Assembly: GCA_900752975.1 (NCBI GenBank)
Contig: CAADXH010000098.1
Coordinates: 58 to 64,057, forward strand
Direction: 5' to 3'
DNA from: Bacilli bacterium
GTDB taxonomy: Bacteria > Bacillota_I > Bacilli_A > ML615J-28 > CAG-313
Length of the DNA: 64,000 bases
Shown piece by piece: positions 21,432 through 31,033 of the stretch. Position numbers and translations under genes: made by a program. Each line of letters begins with the position of its first letter. Within the stretch, counting starts at the first letter, position 1. A model generated the notes under the pieces. The model did no database searches and was not told where the DNA came from. It saw only the letters and a list, made by a program, of their open reading frames with translations.

Positions 21432-21610
21432 TATGCACACTATACTGCTTAAATACTCACTACTATAATTGCTACTTTTAACATACAATATAAAGAAGAG
21501 ATTTAAAATTGTTTTATAATTTAGGATAAATTTATTTGAAGGGTATATAGATGATATCTTATTATTAACAATTAAGTAATTTGCATTTAAGCACTATAGT
21601 ATGCACATAA
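21432..21610. repeat. Inverted-repeat pair (about 22 bp, 16 of 18 core matches) flanking about 135 bp in the sigma-factor leader
   Basis: ATGCACACTATACTGCTTAAATAC at 21432-21455 pairs with the reverse complement of TTAAGCACTATAGTATGCACAT at about 21587-21610. Confidence 0.4.
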
Positions 21611-21775
21611 CCAAGATTAAAGCAATATAGCTTTAGCCAGATCCTACCATTTTAGTTTATTTTCTCCTTTCACAATTAATAACCACTATACATAGTAACA
21701 GCAGTTGTAGTTGAAGGAAATATATTTTCAGATTTATGAAATTTTCCCCTTTTCACATCTAAAATATATTTTGCA

Positions 21776-21958
21776 TTTTGCCCCTTCAATAATTATATAC
21801 GAATAACTTTTCATTTTTGTCCGAAATTTCTCAAACTTTTTTTATTTTTTTGTTATTTTTTGTAATTATTAAAGAAAGCAGTTTTTGCCACTTCAATAAT
21901 TATATACGAATAACTCTTCATTTTTGTCCGAAATTTCTTGAATTTTTTATTTTTTTTA
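21776..21958. repeat. Two tandem copies of an about 75-bp element, about 95% identical, 106-bp period
   Basis: Copy A 21776-21852 and copy B 21882-21958 share TTTTGCCxCTTCAATAATTATATACGAATAACTxTTCATTTTTGTCCGAAATTTCTxxAAxTTTTTTATTTTTTT. Confidence 0.8.
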
Positions 21959-21960
21959 CA

Positions 21961-21992
21961 AAAGAGACACATTTTACTGTGTCTCACTCTTT
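21961..21992 (-). terminator. Terminator hairpin after the 22020-22739 gene
   Basis: Stem gagacac / gtgtctc with a 7-nt loop and a T-run on the minus strand. Confidence 0.5.
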
Positions 21993-22019
21993 AATATTAA
22001 ATTAATTTACTAAATTGTT

Positions 22020-22739
22020 TTATTGCTTTTTTAACTTTATTATACTTTTAATCTCAATAAAAAGATTGTATGCCATAAATAACAAATATGTTATAAATAG
22101 GAAAATTTCATTAACTTTATTTTTGTAGTTTAGTATTAGATTAAATGTCATGATTAATATCGCAATAATGAAACATACATAAATAATTCTTTCAATAATT
22201 GATGTTGAATAATATAAGCTTTTTTCTTTAATTATATCATTTATAATGTTACTCTTTTTAGTCAAATATGATCTTCTAATTATACGATAGTATATACAAG
22301 TCGAAATTGACAAACCAGCTACAGCAACACCAACTGATGCAATTTCTATACCAAAATCATCTCTTATTGCTATTCCACCTAATATTATTAGTATTCCTAT
22401 TAACAAAGCATTACTATAAATTATTTGGGTTTTACGAAAGATATGAATGAATTTTAGTTTTTCTTCTTCATTAAAATATTCTACTTTCTTTGTGTATTTA
22501 TTTCGGTATCTAATTGTTAAAGCAATTCCTACTATTAATGATATAATCGTTAGTATTGTAAATACAAAAACAATTATTGGGCCTATTTCATTTTCAACCG
22601 TATTTGATGTTATAACAAAACCAGATATAACCCAAAGAAATGAAAAAAATGTATTAGTTAGAAAAAATGCTTTTCCTAGAATGTTATTATCAAAAATAAA
22701 TTCACTTTTTCTCTTATTGAATAATTCCTCTTTTTCCAT
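22020..22739 (-). CDS. Hypothetical polytopic membrane protein
   Basis: 239 aa with at least 5 hydrophobic helices and no recognisable motif. Confidence 0.5.
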   Translation of the reverse strand: MEKEELFNKRKSEFIFDNNILGKAFFLTNTFFSFLWVISGFVITSNTVENEIGPIIVFVFTILTIISLIVGIALTIRYRNKYTKKVEYFNEEEKLKFIHIFRKTQIIYSNALLIGILIILGGIAIRDDFGIEIASVGVAVAGLSISTCIYYRIIRRSYLTKKSNIINDIIKEKSLYYSTSIIERIIYVCFIIAILIMTFNLILNYKNKVNEIFLFITYLLFMAYNLFIEIKSIIKLKKQ

Positions 22740-22750
22740 TACATCACCTA

Positions 22751-25519
22751 CTAATATAATCTATCTATGAATTCTATTACCAGATCTCTCAATATATAAT
22801 TTGTATATTGAGGAATTGTATTTTTAAATTCTGAATACCTTGGACTTACATAAACATAATCGATTACCGCAACATTATAATTCTTATTGTTATCTAAATA
22901 TGCTACATCAAATTCTTGATTAAAGTATAAATAATCACCATTAGTATTGTACAATGACTTTAAAGCGGATCCTTTCATTGTTGTAATTATAACAGCATTG
23001 TTAAATGGAAATACTTCAAATACATCTGCTACTTTTATTGATCCACTTGCAATAGTTGCTCTAACGCCACCTGTATTCATTATTGCGACATCAACATTAA
23101 ATTCTTCTTTCATGGCGGTGACAGCGTACATTCCAAGTGTACTCCTTGATAGATAATTATTGACTGTGCCTAATTCGCGGTTGCCTTCATTAATAACTTC
23201 TTGATACTTTTTTAAGATTGAAGCCATCTTAGGATCAAGGTCACAATTTGAAGGATAATATCTTTGAAATTCATAACTTTCGTAATTAAATTGATTATCA
23301 AGTTTTAAAATAAGTGATGTTGAACTTTGATTTTTGTCTCTATTTTCAACAGCTACAATATTTAAACCATCACTTCTTCTAATTGTATCATATTCATTTT
23401 GATGAGTATGTCCACATAAAATGGCATCTATTTTCGCATCACCTGTTAATTTTGCTATTTCCCCATTTAGTTCCGTATCGTAATCATGATTAGATACAAT
23501 TACCACATCACAATCAAGTTCAGTTCTTAATTCTTTGGCATACTGTTTGATTAATTCTAATGGATACACAAAATCATAATCTTTAACATTATCATAAAGA
23601 ATACTTGATTCTAAATCATAACCAATTATTCCAATAATTCCTACTTTTACATCATTGATTTCAACAACAGTATACGGGTCTAGCCATGGCACTCTTTCAT
23701 TTGTCTTTTTATCATAAATATTTGCACCAAGGAATGGAAAATCGGCTTCACCATTACTATAATCACCATCTTTATATATTTTAATTTTATCTAATCCCCA
23801 GTCAAATTCGTGATTTCCCAATACAAAAGCATCAAATTTCATATAATTAAGTGCATCAATAAATGGTAAGCCATATAGAATGCTTGAAACATATGACCCT
23901 TGAAAAATATCACCATTAGCTATTTTAACATAGTTACCATTCATTTGTGTTAGATAGTTAATTAATGAACTCAATCTTTCAACTCCAGGAGTATTACCAT
24001 CTGCAAAAGAACCATGCGTATCGTTTATCATAAATATGTTAACTTGATTAAGTTGGGCATTTTTAGTATATACAATAGTATTACTTAAAATGCTATCTTC
24101 ATATTCGTCACTATTGGAAATGGCCTGAACTTGCAATTTAAAATTACCATCACCAAGTTCTTCTAAATCAAAATATGCATTAGTTGTTGTTGCGTAGTAT
24201 GTACCATTAACAAATATTTTATATTCTTTGTAATTAATATCTGTATCCCATACTAGTTGATTATCGACAATTGATATTATTGGAGTGTTAACTCTTGTTG
24301 ACAATACTTGAACTTCATTTTCAAGACCGATACATTGAATTGTCCAAATGTTCTCTTTTTCATATAGACGATATATAACACCTGTTAAGGTAACTTTTTT
24401 ATTATTTAAAGTTAAAAAGATATTCTTGTTAGTATCATTAATATCATTATTAAAGTTAGTTGAATAATGGTGGATCATAGCTATATGCTTACCATTGTCA
24501 TCATTTAAATAAAATGTATAACGGGTGCTACCACATTCTACAGTGCCTGTAACTGTTACCGGGTTACCATGAAAATTTGCCTCAATATCCAAATTGTTTA
24601 AATCATCATTTGTAAGATTAACAGGTTTAATAACATTTGATATTTCTCCATCATATTTTGTTACAATAATATTATTTGAAGCAATTTGTCTAGTATATTC
24701 AGGATAAGTGATACTACCACGATAAACATATGCTGTCCCACTAATTCTCACATTTTGGCCTAAAGTTAGTTCATCACAAATGTGACGAACATAAATGTAA
24801 CCAGTTTCATCAGCTACATGAGCATATCCAAGGGAATCAAATCCCACAACTTTTCCTACAAAATCTACATCGATTTGACCAGATGTACTGTGATCAAGTT
24901 TTTGCTTTATTTCGTCAACTTTCATTAAAAAGTTAATAGAATTATATGTTACAGCATTACTGAAAGGGCTATTTATATATCTACTATTACCACAAGCAAT
25001 AACTTTGATGGTATAATTTTGTCCATCATCATAACCAATTAATTGATAATATGGAGTAGTAATACTGGTGATAAACTTATCATTAATATAAATCTTGTAC
25101 TCATTGGCATTTTCAATAGCTTCCCATAAAACTGTTAATTTGCTCACCCTAATGTCAGGAGCTGTCAATTGTATTCTATCGGTAATTTCACAAGTATATG
25201 TTACAATATTGCTATACCCACTATCATCATAGTTTTTTCCATCACCAAGTGCTCTCATTTTAATTTTATAAATACCAACTTGGTCAAAAGATAGCTCATA
25301 GCTTGTTTCTGTACTATCCATATTAATTTCATCTATTCCATTTATGTAAATGATGTAACCATTTGCATTTTCAATTGGTTCCCAACTAACAATATTATCT
25401 GACAATGTTATTACAGGGGTATTTAATTTTTGTAGTTTTGAATCAGTAAGTATACATCCCGTTATGAATAAAACTATTGATAATGCGAATATACTAAGTA
25501 ATTTTTTTATTTTAATCAT
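22751..25519 (-). CDS. Surface lipoprotein: FN3-like repeats plus a 5'-nucleotidase/2',3'-cyclic phosphodiesterase metallophosphatase (UshA family)
   Basis: Lipobox LFITGC. Calcineurin-like motifs DTHG, GDxxxG and GNHEFD. About 922 aa with a C-terminal 5'-nucleotidase-type domain. Confidence 0.8.
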   Translation of the reverse strand: MIKIKKLLSIFALSIVLFITGCILTDSKLQKLNTPVITLSDNIVSWEPIENANGYIIYINGIDEINMDSTETSYELSFDQVGIYKIKMRALGDGKNYDDSGYSNIVTYTCEITDRIQLTAPDIRVSKLTVLWEAIENANEYKIYINDKFITSITTPYYQLIGYDDGQNYTIKVIACGNSRYINSPFSNAVTYNSINFLMKVDEIKQKLDHSTSGQIDVDFVGKVVGFDSLGYAHVADETGYIYVRHICDELTLGQNVRISGTAYVYRGSITYPEYTRQIASNNIIVTKYDGEISNVIKPVNLTNDDLNNLDIEANFHGNPVTVTGTVECGSTRYTFYLNDDNGKHIAMIHHYSTNFNNDINDTNKNIFLTLNNKKVTLTGVIYRLYEKENIWTIQCIGLENEVQVLSTRVNTPIISIVDNQLVWDTDINYKEYKIFVNGTYYATTTNAYFDLEELGDGNFKLQVQAISNSDEYEDSILSNTIVYTKNAQLNQVNIFMINDTHGSFADGNTPGVERLSSLINYLTQMNGNYVKIANGDIFQGSYVSSILYGLPFIDALNYMKFDAFVLGNHEFDWGLDKIKIYKDGDYSNGEADFPFLGANIYDKKTNERVPWLDPYTVVEINDVKVGIIGIIGYDLESSILYDNVKDYDFVYPLELIKQYAKELRTELDCDVVIVSNHDYDTELNGEIAKLTGDAKIDAILCGHTHQNEYDTIRRSDGLNIVAVENRDKNQSSTSLILKLDNQFNYESYEFQRYYPSNCDLDPKMASILKKYQEVINEGNRELGTVNNYLSRSTLGMYAVTAMKEEFNVDVAIMNTGGVRATIASGSIKVADVFEVFPFNNAVIITTMKGSALKSLYNTNGDYLYFNQEFDVAYLDNNKNYNVAVIDYVYVSPRYSEFKNTIPQYTNYILRDLVIEFIDRLY

Positions 25520-25615
25520 AAAATTTAGCTCCTTCTTTATTTTTAATTATGCTAAATAATTAAACCTTATCATAAATATTATAGCACTTTTTTTCAAAAA
25601 AGTCTATCTTTTAAG

Positions 25616-25660
25616 CTAAAAAGCACTAAGATAGTCAGTTGGTTCAACTATCTTAATGCT
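25616..25660 (-). terminator. Strong hairpin (16-bp stem, 1 mismatch) overlapping the cupin stop and followed by a U-run
   Basis: aaagcactaagatagt - 11-nt loop - actatcttaatgcttt, then TTTTT on the minus-strand RNA. Confidence 0.5.
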
Positions 25661-25994
25661 TTACTTCATGATTAGGCACGACTGCAAGAAAACATAAGTT
25701 TTCATTACCTGTATTAATAAGCGTATGATTACTTCCCCTTTGGCAATAATGGCAATCCCCAACTGATAATAATTCAGTAATTCCATCACATATAGCTTTA
25801 CCACTGCCACTTGTAATAAAAATTATTTCGGAAGAATCATCATGTGAATGAAGTCCTATCGATGCACCAGGCACAAGGTAAGCTTTCATAATTTTATTAT
25901 TGTCATCAACATACATATGTGAATTTAAACTCTTTTCTCCACCTTTAAAGTTGGGGAATTCTTTAAGTGGAATATTTTCAAAAATTATTTTCAT
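25653..25994 (-). CDS. Cupin-domain protein
   Basis: Cupin motifs GxxxxxHxHxxxxE (LHSHDDSSEII) and the second motif GDCHYCQRGSNHTLINTG. Confidence 0.7.
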   Translation of the reverse strand: MKIIFENIPLKEFPNFKGGEKSLNSHMYVDDNNKIMKAYLVPGASIGLHSHDDSSEIIFITSGSGKAICDGITELLSVGDCHYCQRGSNHTLINTGNENLCFLAVVPNHEVKH

Positions 25995-26065
25995 ATCAAT
26001 ATCTTAACATTTATAAAAAAATATAATTGTTTCTCCTTGCTTTTTTATTTTTAAACTAAGTTATT

Positions 26066-26497
26066 TTATATTTGCTTAATGATTATTTCCTTATTTATTT
26101 CTGATAAATACTGAAGAATTTTGTCGGCATTTCTAATTCCGCGATCAATTTTACAAAATTTTTGATTGTTTTGATCTACTATTACAAATTCCGTACTATA
26201 CACTAAAACTTTTGAAATACTAGTGATTACTAATCTTTTTTCTTTTTTAAATCTTGTAAATACAAGTTCATCGTTAGTTAGTTCATAATGTGTAAAATAT
26301 TGAAGAAGAGAACTTAAGATTCCTAGTATAAGCCAACAAAGTCCAACTAATAAAAATATTATAGTGATAATGATTGGTTTCATAAATAACGATGCAACTG
26401 ATAATCCAAAGCCTAAAATTGCTATTGAAACACTAATTCTAAAATTCAAAATATGATATTCTGCTTTTATATTTACATTGCTTACATTTTCATTCAT
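26066..26497 (-). CDS. Small membrane protein (2 TM plus a cytoplasmic PH-like domain)
   Basis: Two N-terminal hydrophobic helices followed by a soluble domain. No motif recognised. Confidence 0.4.
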   Translation of the reverse strand: MNENVSNVNIKAEYHILNFRISVSIAILGFGLSVASLFMKPIIITIIFLLVGLCWLILGILSSLLQYFTHYELTNDELVFTRFKKEKRLVITSISKVLVYSTEFVIVDQNNQKFCKIDRGIRNADKILQYLSEINKEIIIKQI

Positions 26498-26647
26498 AAT
26501 TTACCTCATTTATTTTTTGCATTTTATTACTTGATTATTTTACCACACTATTGTCATTTATGCAATTCTTTTACTAAATTAATACTTTTATACGTTAATT
26601 TGGCAGTAAGAAAATGCCTACCAAGAGGTAGGCATTAGATTGATTCT

Positions 26648-28417
26648 CTATTTTTCTGGGAATCTTTCTCTTGATACATATGTTGTATGCAATAATTCAT
26701 GAGCTTTATGAGAATTAGGTTCACCTAAGAATTCTTTATAAAGTTGTTGAACTTGCTTATTATTGTGTGATTGACGAACATTTTGTCTTTCATCTTCACT
26801 ATATAATGCGGCTGCACGTTTTTCACAATATGTATCTAAAATATTATTTTCTTCATTTGGCAAGAAGCATGGTTTAACATATGGTTGACCACCACCATTG
26901 ATACATCCACCAGGGCAACCCATGATTTCAATAAATGTATAAGGACTCTTGCCAGCACGTATATCATCCATTAATACTTTAGCATTTCTCATACCTGATG
27001 CTACAGCAACTTTTAGTTCTGCACCATTAATTTCAATTGTAGCTTCTTTTAAGCCTTTCATACCACGAACAGCTGTAAATTCAATTGGCTTATGTTCTTT
27101 ATTTGTTAAAACATAATATGCTGTACGTAATGCGGCTTCCATAACACCACCGGTAGTACCGAAGATAACACCAGCACCAGTGTATTCACCCATAATATCT
27201 TGGTCGTATTCTTCATCTGGAAGTTTGCTGAAGTTAATACCACTACGTTTAATTAACTTAGCTAATTCTCTAGTTGTTAAAACAGCATCAACGTCTTTAA
27301 TTCCATCTTTTTGAAGTTGAGGACGTTCCTTTTCATATTTTTTAGCTGTACAAGGCATAATTGAAACAACATAAATATCATGTGGATCAAGTCCCATTTT
27401 TTCCGCAAAGTAACTCTTAATAATAGCACCTTGCATTTCATGAGGTGATTTACAGCTTGATAAATGATCAAGTTGATCTCCATAATAATATTCTGCATAG
27501 TTAACCCAACCAGGTGAACATGAAGTAATCATAGGTAATACACCTTTAGAGTTAATTCTTGATAATAATTCTGTTGCTTCTTCCATAATTGTTAAGTCAG
27601 CACCAAAATCTGTATCATATACTTTATTGAATCCTAATCTACGTAATGCGGCTACCATTTTACCAGTAACTGGAGTACCAATTGGATAACCAAATTCTTC
27701 ACCTAATGTTGCGCGAATTGCAGGAGCAGTTTGAACAACTAAATATTTACCAGCTCTTCTTGCATCATCAACTTTATCAATTTCTGATTTTTCCATTAAT
27801 GCGCCAGTAGGACAAACGTTAACACATTGTCCACATAAAATACATGGGCTTTCAGCAAAACTTCTATTTGCAGCTGGAGAAACGATAGTAGCGAAACCAC
27901 GTTTTTCGAATCCTAAAATACCAGTACCATGTGCAGCAACGCAACGGCTTACACAACGACCGCATAGAATACATTTAGAAGTATCACGGATGATTGATGG
28001 AGATAATTCATCAATTGTAACAGGAGTTTTACTGCCAATAAATTTATTTTCTCTTGCACCTACAAGTGATGCTACATGTAATAATTCACATTTACCATTT
28101 TTATCACATTGTTGACAATTAAATGAATGGTTAGAAAGAATTAATTCAACACTTGCACGTCTTGCAGCAACAGCTTTAGGGGTTGAAATTTTAATTTCCA
28201 TACCTTCAGAAATAGGATAAACACAAGATGCAACTAATCCTCTTGCTCCTGTTGCTTCTACTAAACAAACACGACAAGAAGCTAAACTACATTCACCATG
28301 ATTATAAGCACAAAGTGATGGGATTTCGTATCCACATTCTTTAGCTGCTTCTAATATTGTTAAGCCTTCTTCTACTTGATAAGCTTGACCTTCAATTTTA
28401 ATATTAATTTTTGCCAT
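26648..28417 (-). CDS. hydA: [FeFe] hydrogenase catalytic subunit, trimeric/bifurcating type. L1 motif is TSCSP rather than TSCCP.
   Basis: N-terminal 2Fe-2S plus 4Fe-4S domains. H-cluster L2 MPCTAKKYE; L3 EIMGCPGGCINGGGQP; L1 ITSCSPGWV. Partner genes hydB and hydC lie adjacent. Confidence 0.88.
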   Translation of the reverse strand: MAKINIKIEGQAYQVEEGLTILEAAKECGYEIPSLCAYNHGECSLASCRVCLVEATGARGLVASCVYPISEGMEIKISTPKAVAARRASVELILSNHSFNCQQCDKNGKCELLHVASLVGARENKFIGSKTPVTIDELSPSIIRDTSKCILCGRCVSRCVAAHGTGILGFEKRGFATIVSPAANRSFAESPCILCGQCVNVCPTGALMEKSEIDKVDDARRAGKYLVVQTAPAIRATLGEEFGYPIGTPVTGKMVAALRRLGFNKVYDTDFGADLTIMEEATELLSRINSKGVLPMITSCSPGWVNYAEYYYGDQLDHLSSCKSPHEMQGAIIKSYFAEKMGLDPHDIYVVSIMPCTAKKYEKERPQLQKDGIKDVDAVLTTRELAKLIKRSGINFSKLPDEEYDQDIMGEYTGAGVIFGTTGGVMEAALRTAYYVLTNKEHKPIEFTAVRGMKGLKEATIEINGAELKVAVASGMRNAKVLMDDIRAGKSPYTFIEIMGCPGGCINGGGQPYVKPCFLPNEENNILDTYCEKRAAALYSEDERQNVRQSHNNKQVQQLYKEFLGEPNSHKAHELLHTTYVSRERFPEK

Positions 28418-28429
28418 ACATCTACACTC

Positions 28430-30295
28430 CTATTTCTTAATTATTGCTTTAAATGGACATGATGCTAAGCATAATCCACATTTAATACATTTAGCTTGAT
28501 CAATAACATATGGTTCTTTACCAGGAACACCAGAGATTGCATTAACTGGACAATTTCTAGCACATTTAGAACATTTCTTACATGATTCTGGAATGATATG
28601 ATATTGAGTTAATTTCTTACAAATGTGAGCAGGACACTTCTTATCAACAATATGAGCAAGATACTCATCTCTAAATTGTCTCATTGTAGATACGATTGGG
28701 TTAGCAGCTGTTTGACCTAAACCACATAATGAGTTAGAAGCAACTGTAGTAGCAAGTTCTTCTAATTCGTGTAAATCATTCATTGTGCCTTTGCCTTCAG
28801 TAATCTTTGTTAAGATTTCAAGCATACGTTTTGTACCAATACGACATGGAGAACATTTACCACATGATTCATCACAAATAAATTCCATATAGAATTTAGC
28901 AACGTCAACCATACAGTTATCTTCATCCATAACGATTGCACCACCAGAACCCATCATAGAGCCTAATGCTACTAAGTTATCATAGTCAATAGGAGTATCA
29001 AGATCTTTGGCAGTTAAACATCCACCAGAAGGTCCACCTGTTTGAATAGCCTTAAATGCTTTATTGTGAGGAATACCACCACCGATATCGTAAATTAATT
29101 CACGAAGTGTAGTACCCATAGGAATTTCAACTAGACCAACATTATTAACTTTTCCACCTAAAGCAAACACTTTAGTACCTTTAGATTTTTCAGTACCATA
29201 TTGTGCAAACTTATCTGCACCTTCTCTTAAGATAAATGGTACACATGCTAATGTTTCAACGTTATTGATAATTGTTGGTTTGCCCCATAAACCTTTTACA
29301 GCTGGGAATGGAGGTCTTGGACGTGGCATACCACGTTTACCTTCAATTGAGTTTAGTAATGCAGTTTCTTCACCACAAACGAATGCACCTGCACCTAAAC
29401 GAATATGAACACGGAAGTTAAATCCACTTCCTAAAATATTATCACCTAATAAGCCAATTTCTTCAGCTTCTTCAATTGCTTTACGAAGTCTTTCAACAGC
29501 AATTGGATATTCGGCACGTACATAGAAATAACCATTTGATGCACCAATAGCATAACCAGCAATTACCATACCTTCGATAACCGCAAGTGGGTTACCTTCT
29601 AAGATTGAACGGTCCATGAAAGCACCTGGGTCACCTTCATCACCATTACATACAACATATTTTTCATCATGTTGTTGATTATATGCAAATTGCCATTTTC
29701 TACCTGTAGGGAAGCCACCGCCACCACGACCACGTAGACCTGATCTTAAGATTTCATCGATAACTTCTTGTCTAGACATATGAAGAGCTTTTTGTAAGCC
29801 TTGATATGCTCCGTATCCTAATGCTTCTTCTATACATTCAGGGTTAATAACGCCACATCCATGTAAAGCTAAACGAACTTGCTTTTTGTAGAAATTGATT
29901 TCGTCTTGTTTTTGAATTCTTGCTTGAGTTACTGGATCAACATAAAGTAATCTTTCAACTACTTGATGGTTGATAATATCAGAAGTCATAATTTCTTCAA
30001 CATCTTCTACTTTTACACCACGATATAATGTATCTTCTGGGAAGATTTTAACGAATGGGCCTTGAGAACAGAATCCAAAACATCCAACTTTGTTTGCAGT
30101 TACTTTATCACTTAAACCACGAGCTACAATTTCTTCTTGGAATTTTGCAAGAATTTCAGCAGAGTTACTTGATAAACATCCTGTACCACCACAAATAACG
30201 ATTGCACGTTTGCCGTTAGTACCAGCAAATTTTTCATCTAAACTAGTTGTGCACTTTTTAATTGTCGCATTTAATTCTTTTTCATTTTGAATCAT
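28430..30295 (-). CDS. hydB: NADH-binding FMN/Fe-S subunit (NuoF-like) of the bifurcating hydrogenase
   Basis: FMN site GGGGFPTGRKW; C-terminal 4Fe-4S cysteine clusters; 621 aa. Confidence 0.9.
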   Translation of the reverse strand: MIQNEKELNATIKKCTTSLDEKFAGTNGKRAIVICGGTGCLSSNSAEILAKFQEEIVARGLSDKVTANKVGCFGFCSQGPFVKIFPEDTLYRGVKVEDVEEIMTSDIINHQVVERLLYVDPVTQARIQKQDEINFYKKQVRLALHGCGVINPECIEEALGYGAYQGLQKALHMSRQEVIDEILRSGLRGRGGGGFPTGRKWQFAYNQQHDEKYVVCNGDEGDPGAFMDRSILEGNPLAVIEGMVIAGYAIGASNGYFYVRAEYPIAVERLRKAIEEAEEIGLLGDNILGSGFNFRVHIRLGAGAFVCGEETALLNSIEGKRGMPRPRPPFPAVKGLWGKPTIINNVETLACVPFILREGADKFAQYGTEKSKGTKVFALGGKVNNVGLVEIPMGTTLRELIYDIGGGIPHNKAFKAIQTGGPSGGCLTAKDLDTPIDYDNLVALGSMMGSGGAIVMDEDNCMVDVAKFYMEFICDESCGKCSPCRIGTKRMLEILTKITEGKGTMNDLHELEELATTVASNSLCGLGQTAANPIVSTMRQFRDEYLAHIVDKKCPAHICKKLTQYHIIPESCKKCSKCARNCPVNAISGVPGKEPYVIDQAKCIKCGLCLASCPFKAIIKK

Positions 30296-30795
30296 TAGTT
30301 TGCACCTCCTAATTTACGGTATTCTTCAATAATGCCAGCAACTTGGTTAACAGCTACTTTTGGATATACTTTGCCATTGATTGAAAGGGCAGGAGCGATA
30401 CCACATGCACCAATACAACGAAGAGCATCAAGTGTGAATAAACCATCAGCTGATGTTTCACCTGGCTTAATGTTTAGAAGTTCAGCGAACTTGTCAATAA
30501 CTTGTTGAGAACCTTTAACATAACATGCAGTTCCTAAACATACACCAATAACATATTTTCCTTTTGGATTTAAAGAAAAGAATGAATAGAATGTTACAAC
30601 ACCATAAATTTCAGCAACAGGAATTCCAGTTTTTTCTGAAATTAATTCTTGAACTTCAAGTGGAATGTAACCATACTCACGTTGTATATCACTTAAGATC
30701 ATCATAAGTGGAGTATTTTCATTTTCGTATCTTGCGATAATACTTTCGATTTGCTTTACAGCATTTGCGCTTAAATGAGCCATATTAACCTCCAT
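30295..30795 (-). CDS. hydC: NuoE-like thioredoxin-fold [2Fe-2S] subunit of the hydrogenase
   Basis: 166 aa NuoE/HndA-like with a Cys pattern in the C-terminal half. Translationally coupled to hydB. Confidence 0.85.
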   Translation of the reverse strand: MEVNMAHLSANAVKQIESIIARYENENTPLMMILSDIQREYGYIPLEVQELISEKTGIPVAEIYGVVTFYSFFSLNPKGKYVIGVCLGTACYVKGSQQVIDKFAELLNIKPGETSADGLFTLDALRCIGACGIAPALSINGKVYPKVAVNQVAGIIEEYRKLGGAN

Positions 30796-30830
30796 ATTTT
30801 AATACAAATTTTATAAATTCGCTCTTACGT

Positions 30831-30859
30831 ATTATATCAAAAAAATGCATTTTTTGCAA
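30831..30859 (-). promoter_or_regulatory. Promoter of the hydCBA operon (TTGCAA-17-TATAAT)
   Basis: -35 TTGCAA at 30854-30859, 17-bp spacer, -10 TATAAT at 30831-30836 on the minus strand. RBS GGAGG lies before the hydC ATG. Confidence 0.5.
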
Positions 30860-31033
30860 GTTAAATAATTAGTAGTTTTTACCAATTAGTTTTTTTTATT
30901 TAAATTTCTTATTTTTACTTAATATTTTTTCCTCTTTAAATCTTCAAATTAAATACTTATTGACATCAATAATTCAAGTCAAAAAATCAAACTTAAAATT
31001 TTTGATTCTAAGTTTGACTTAAAAATTATTTAA

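Noticed and set aside
21817-22005. 62-aa plus-strand ORF starting with TTG inside the 75-bp tandem repeat
   Set aside because: It is Phe/Ile-rich low complexity, has no RBS, and spans a repeat and a terminator. It is most likely an artefact of the T-rich repeat sequence.
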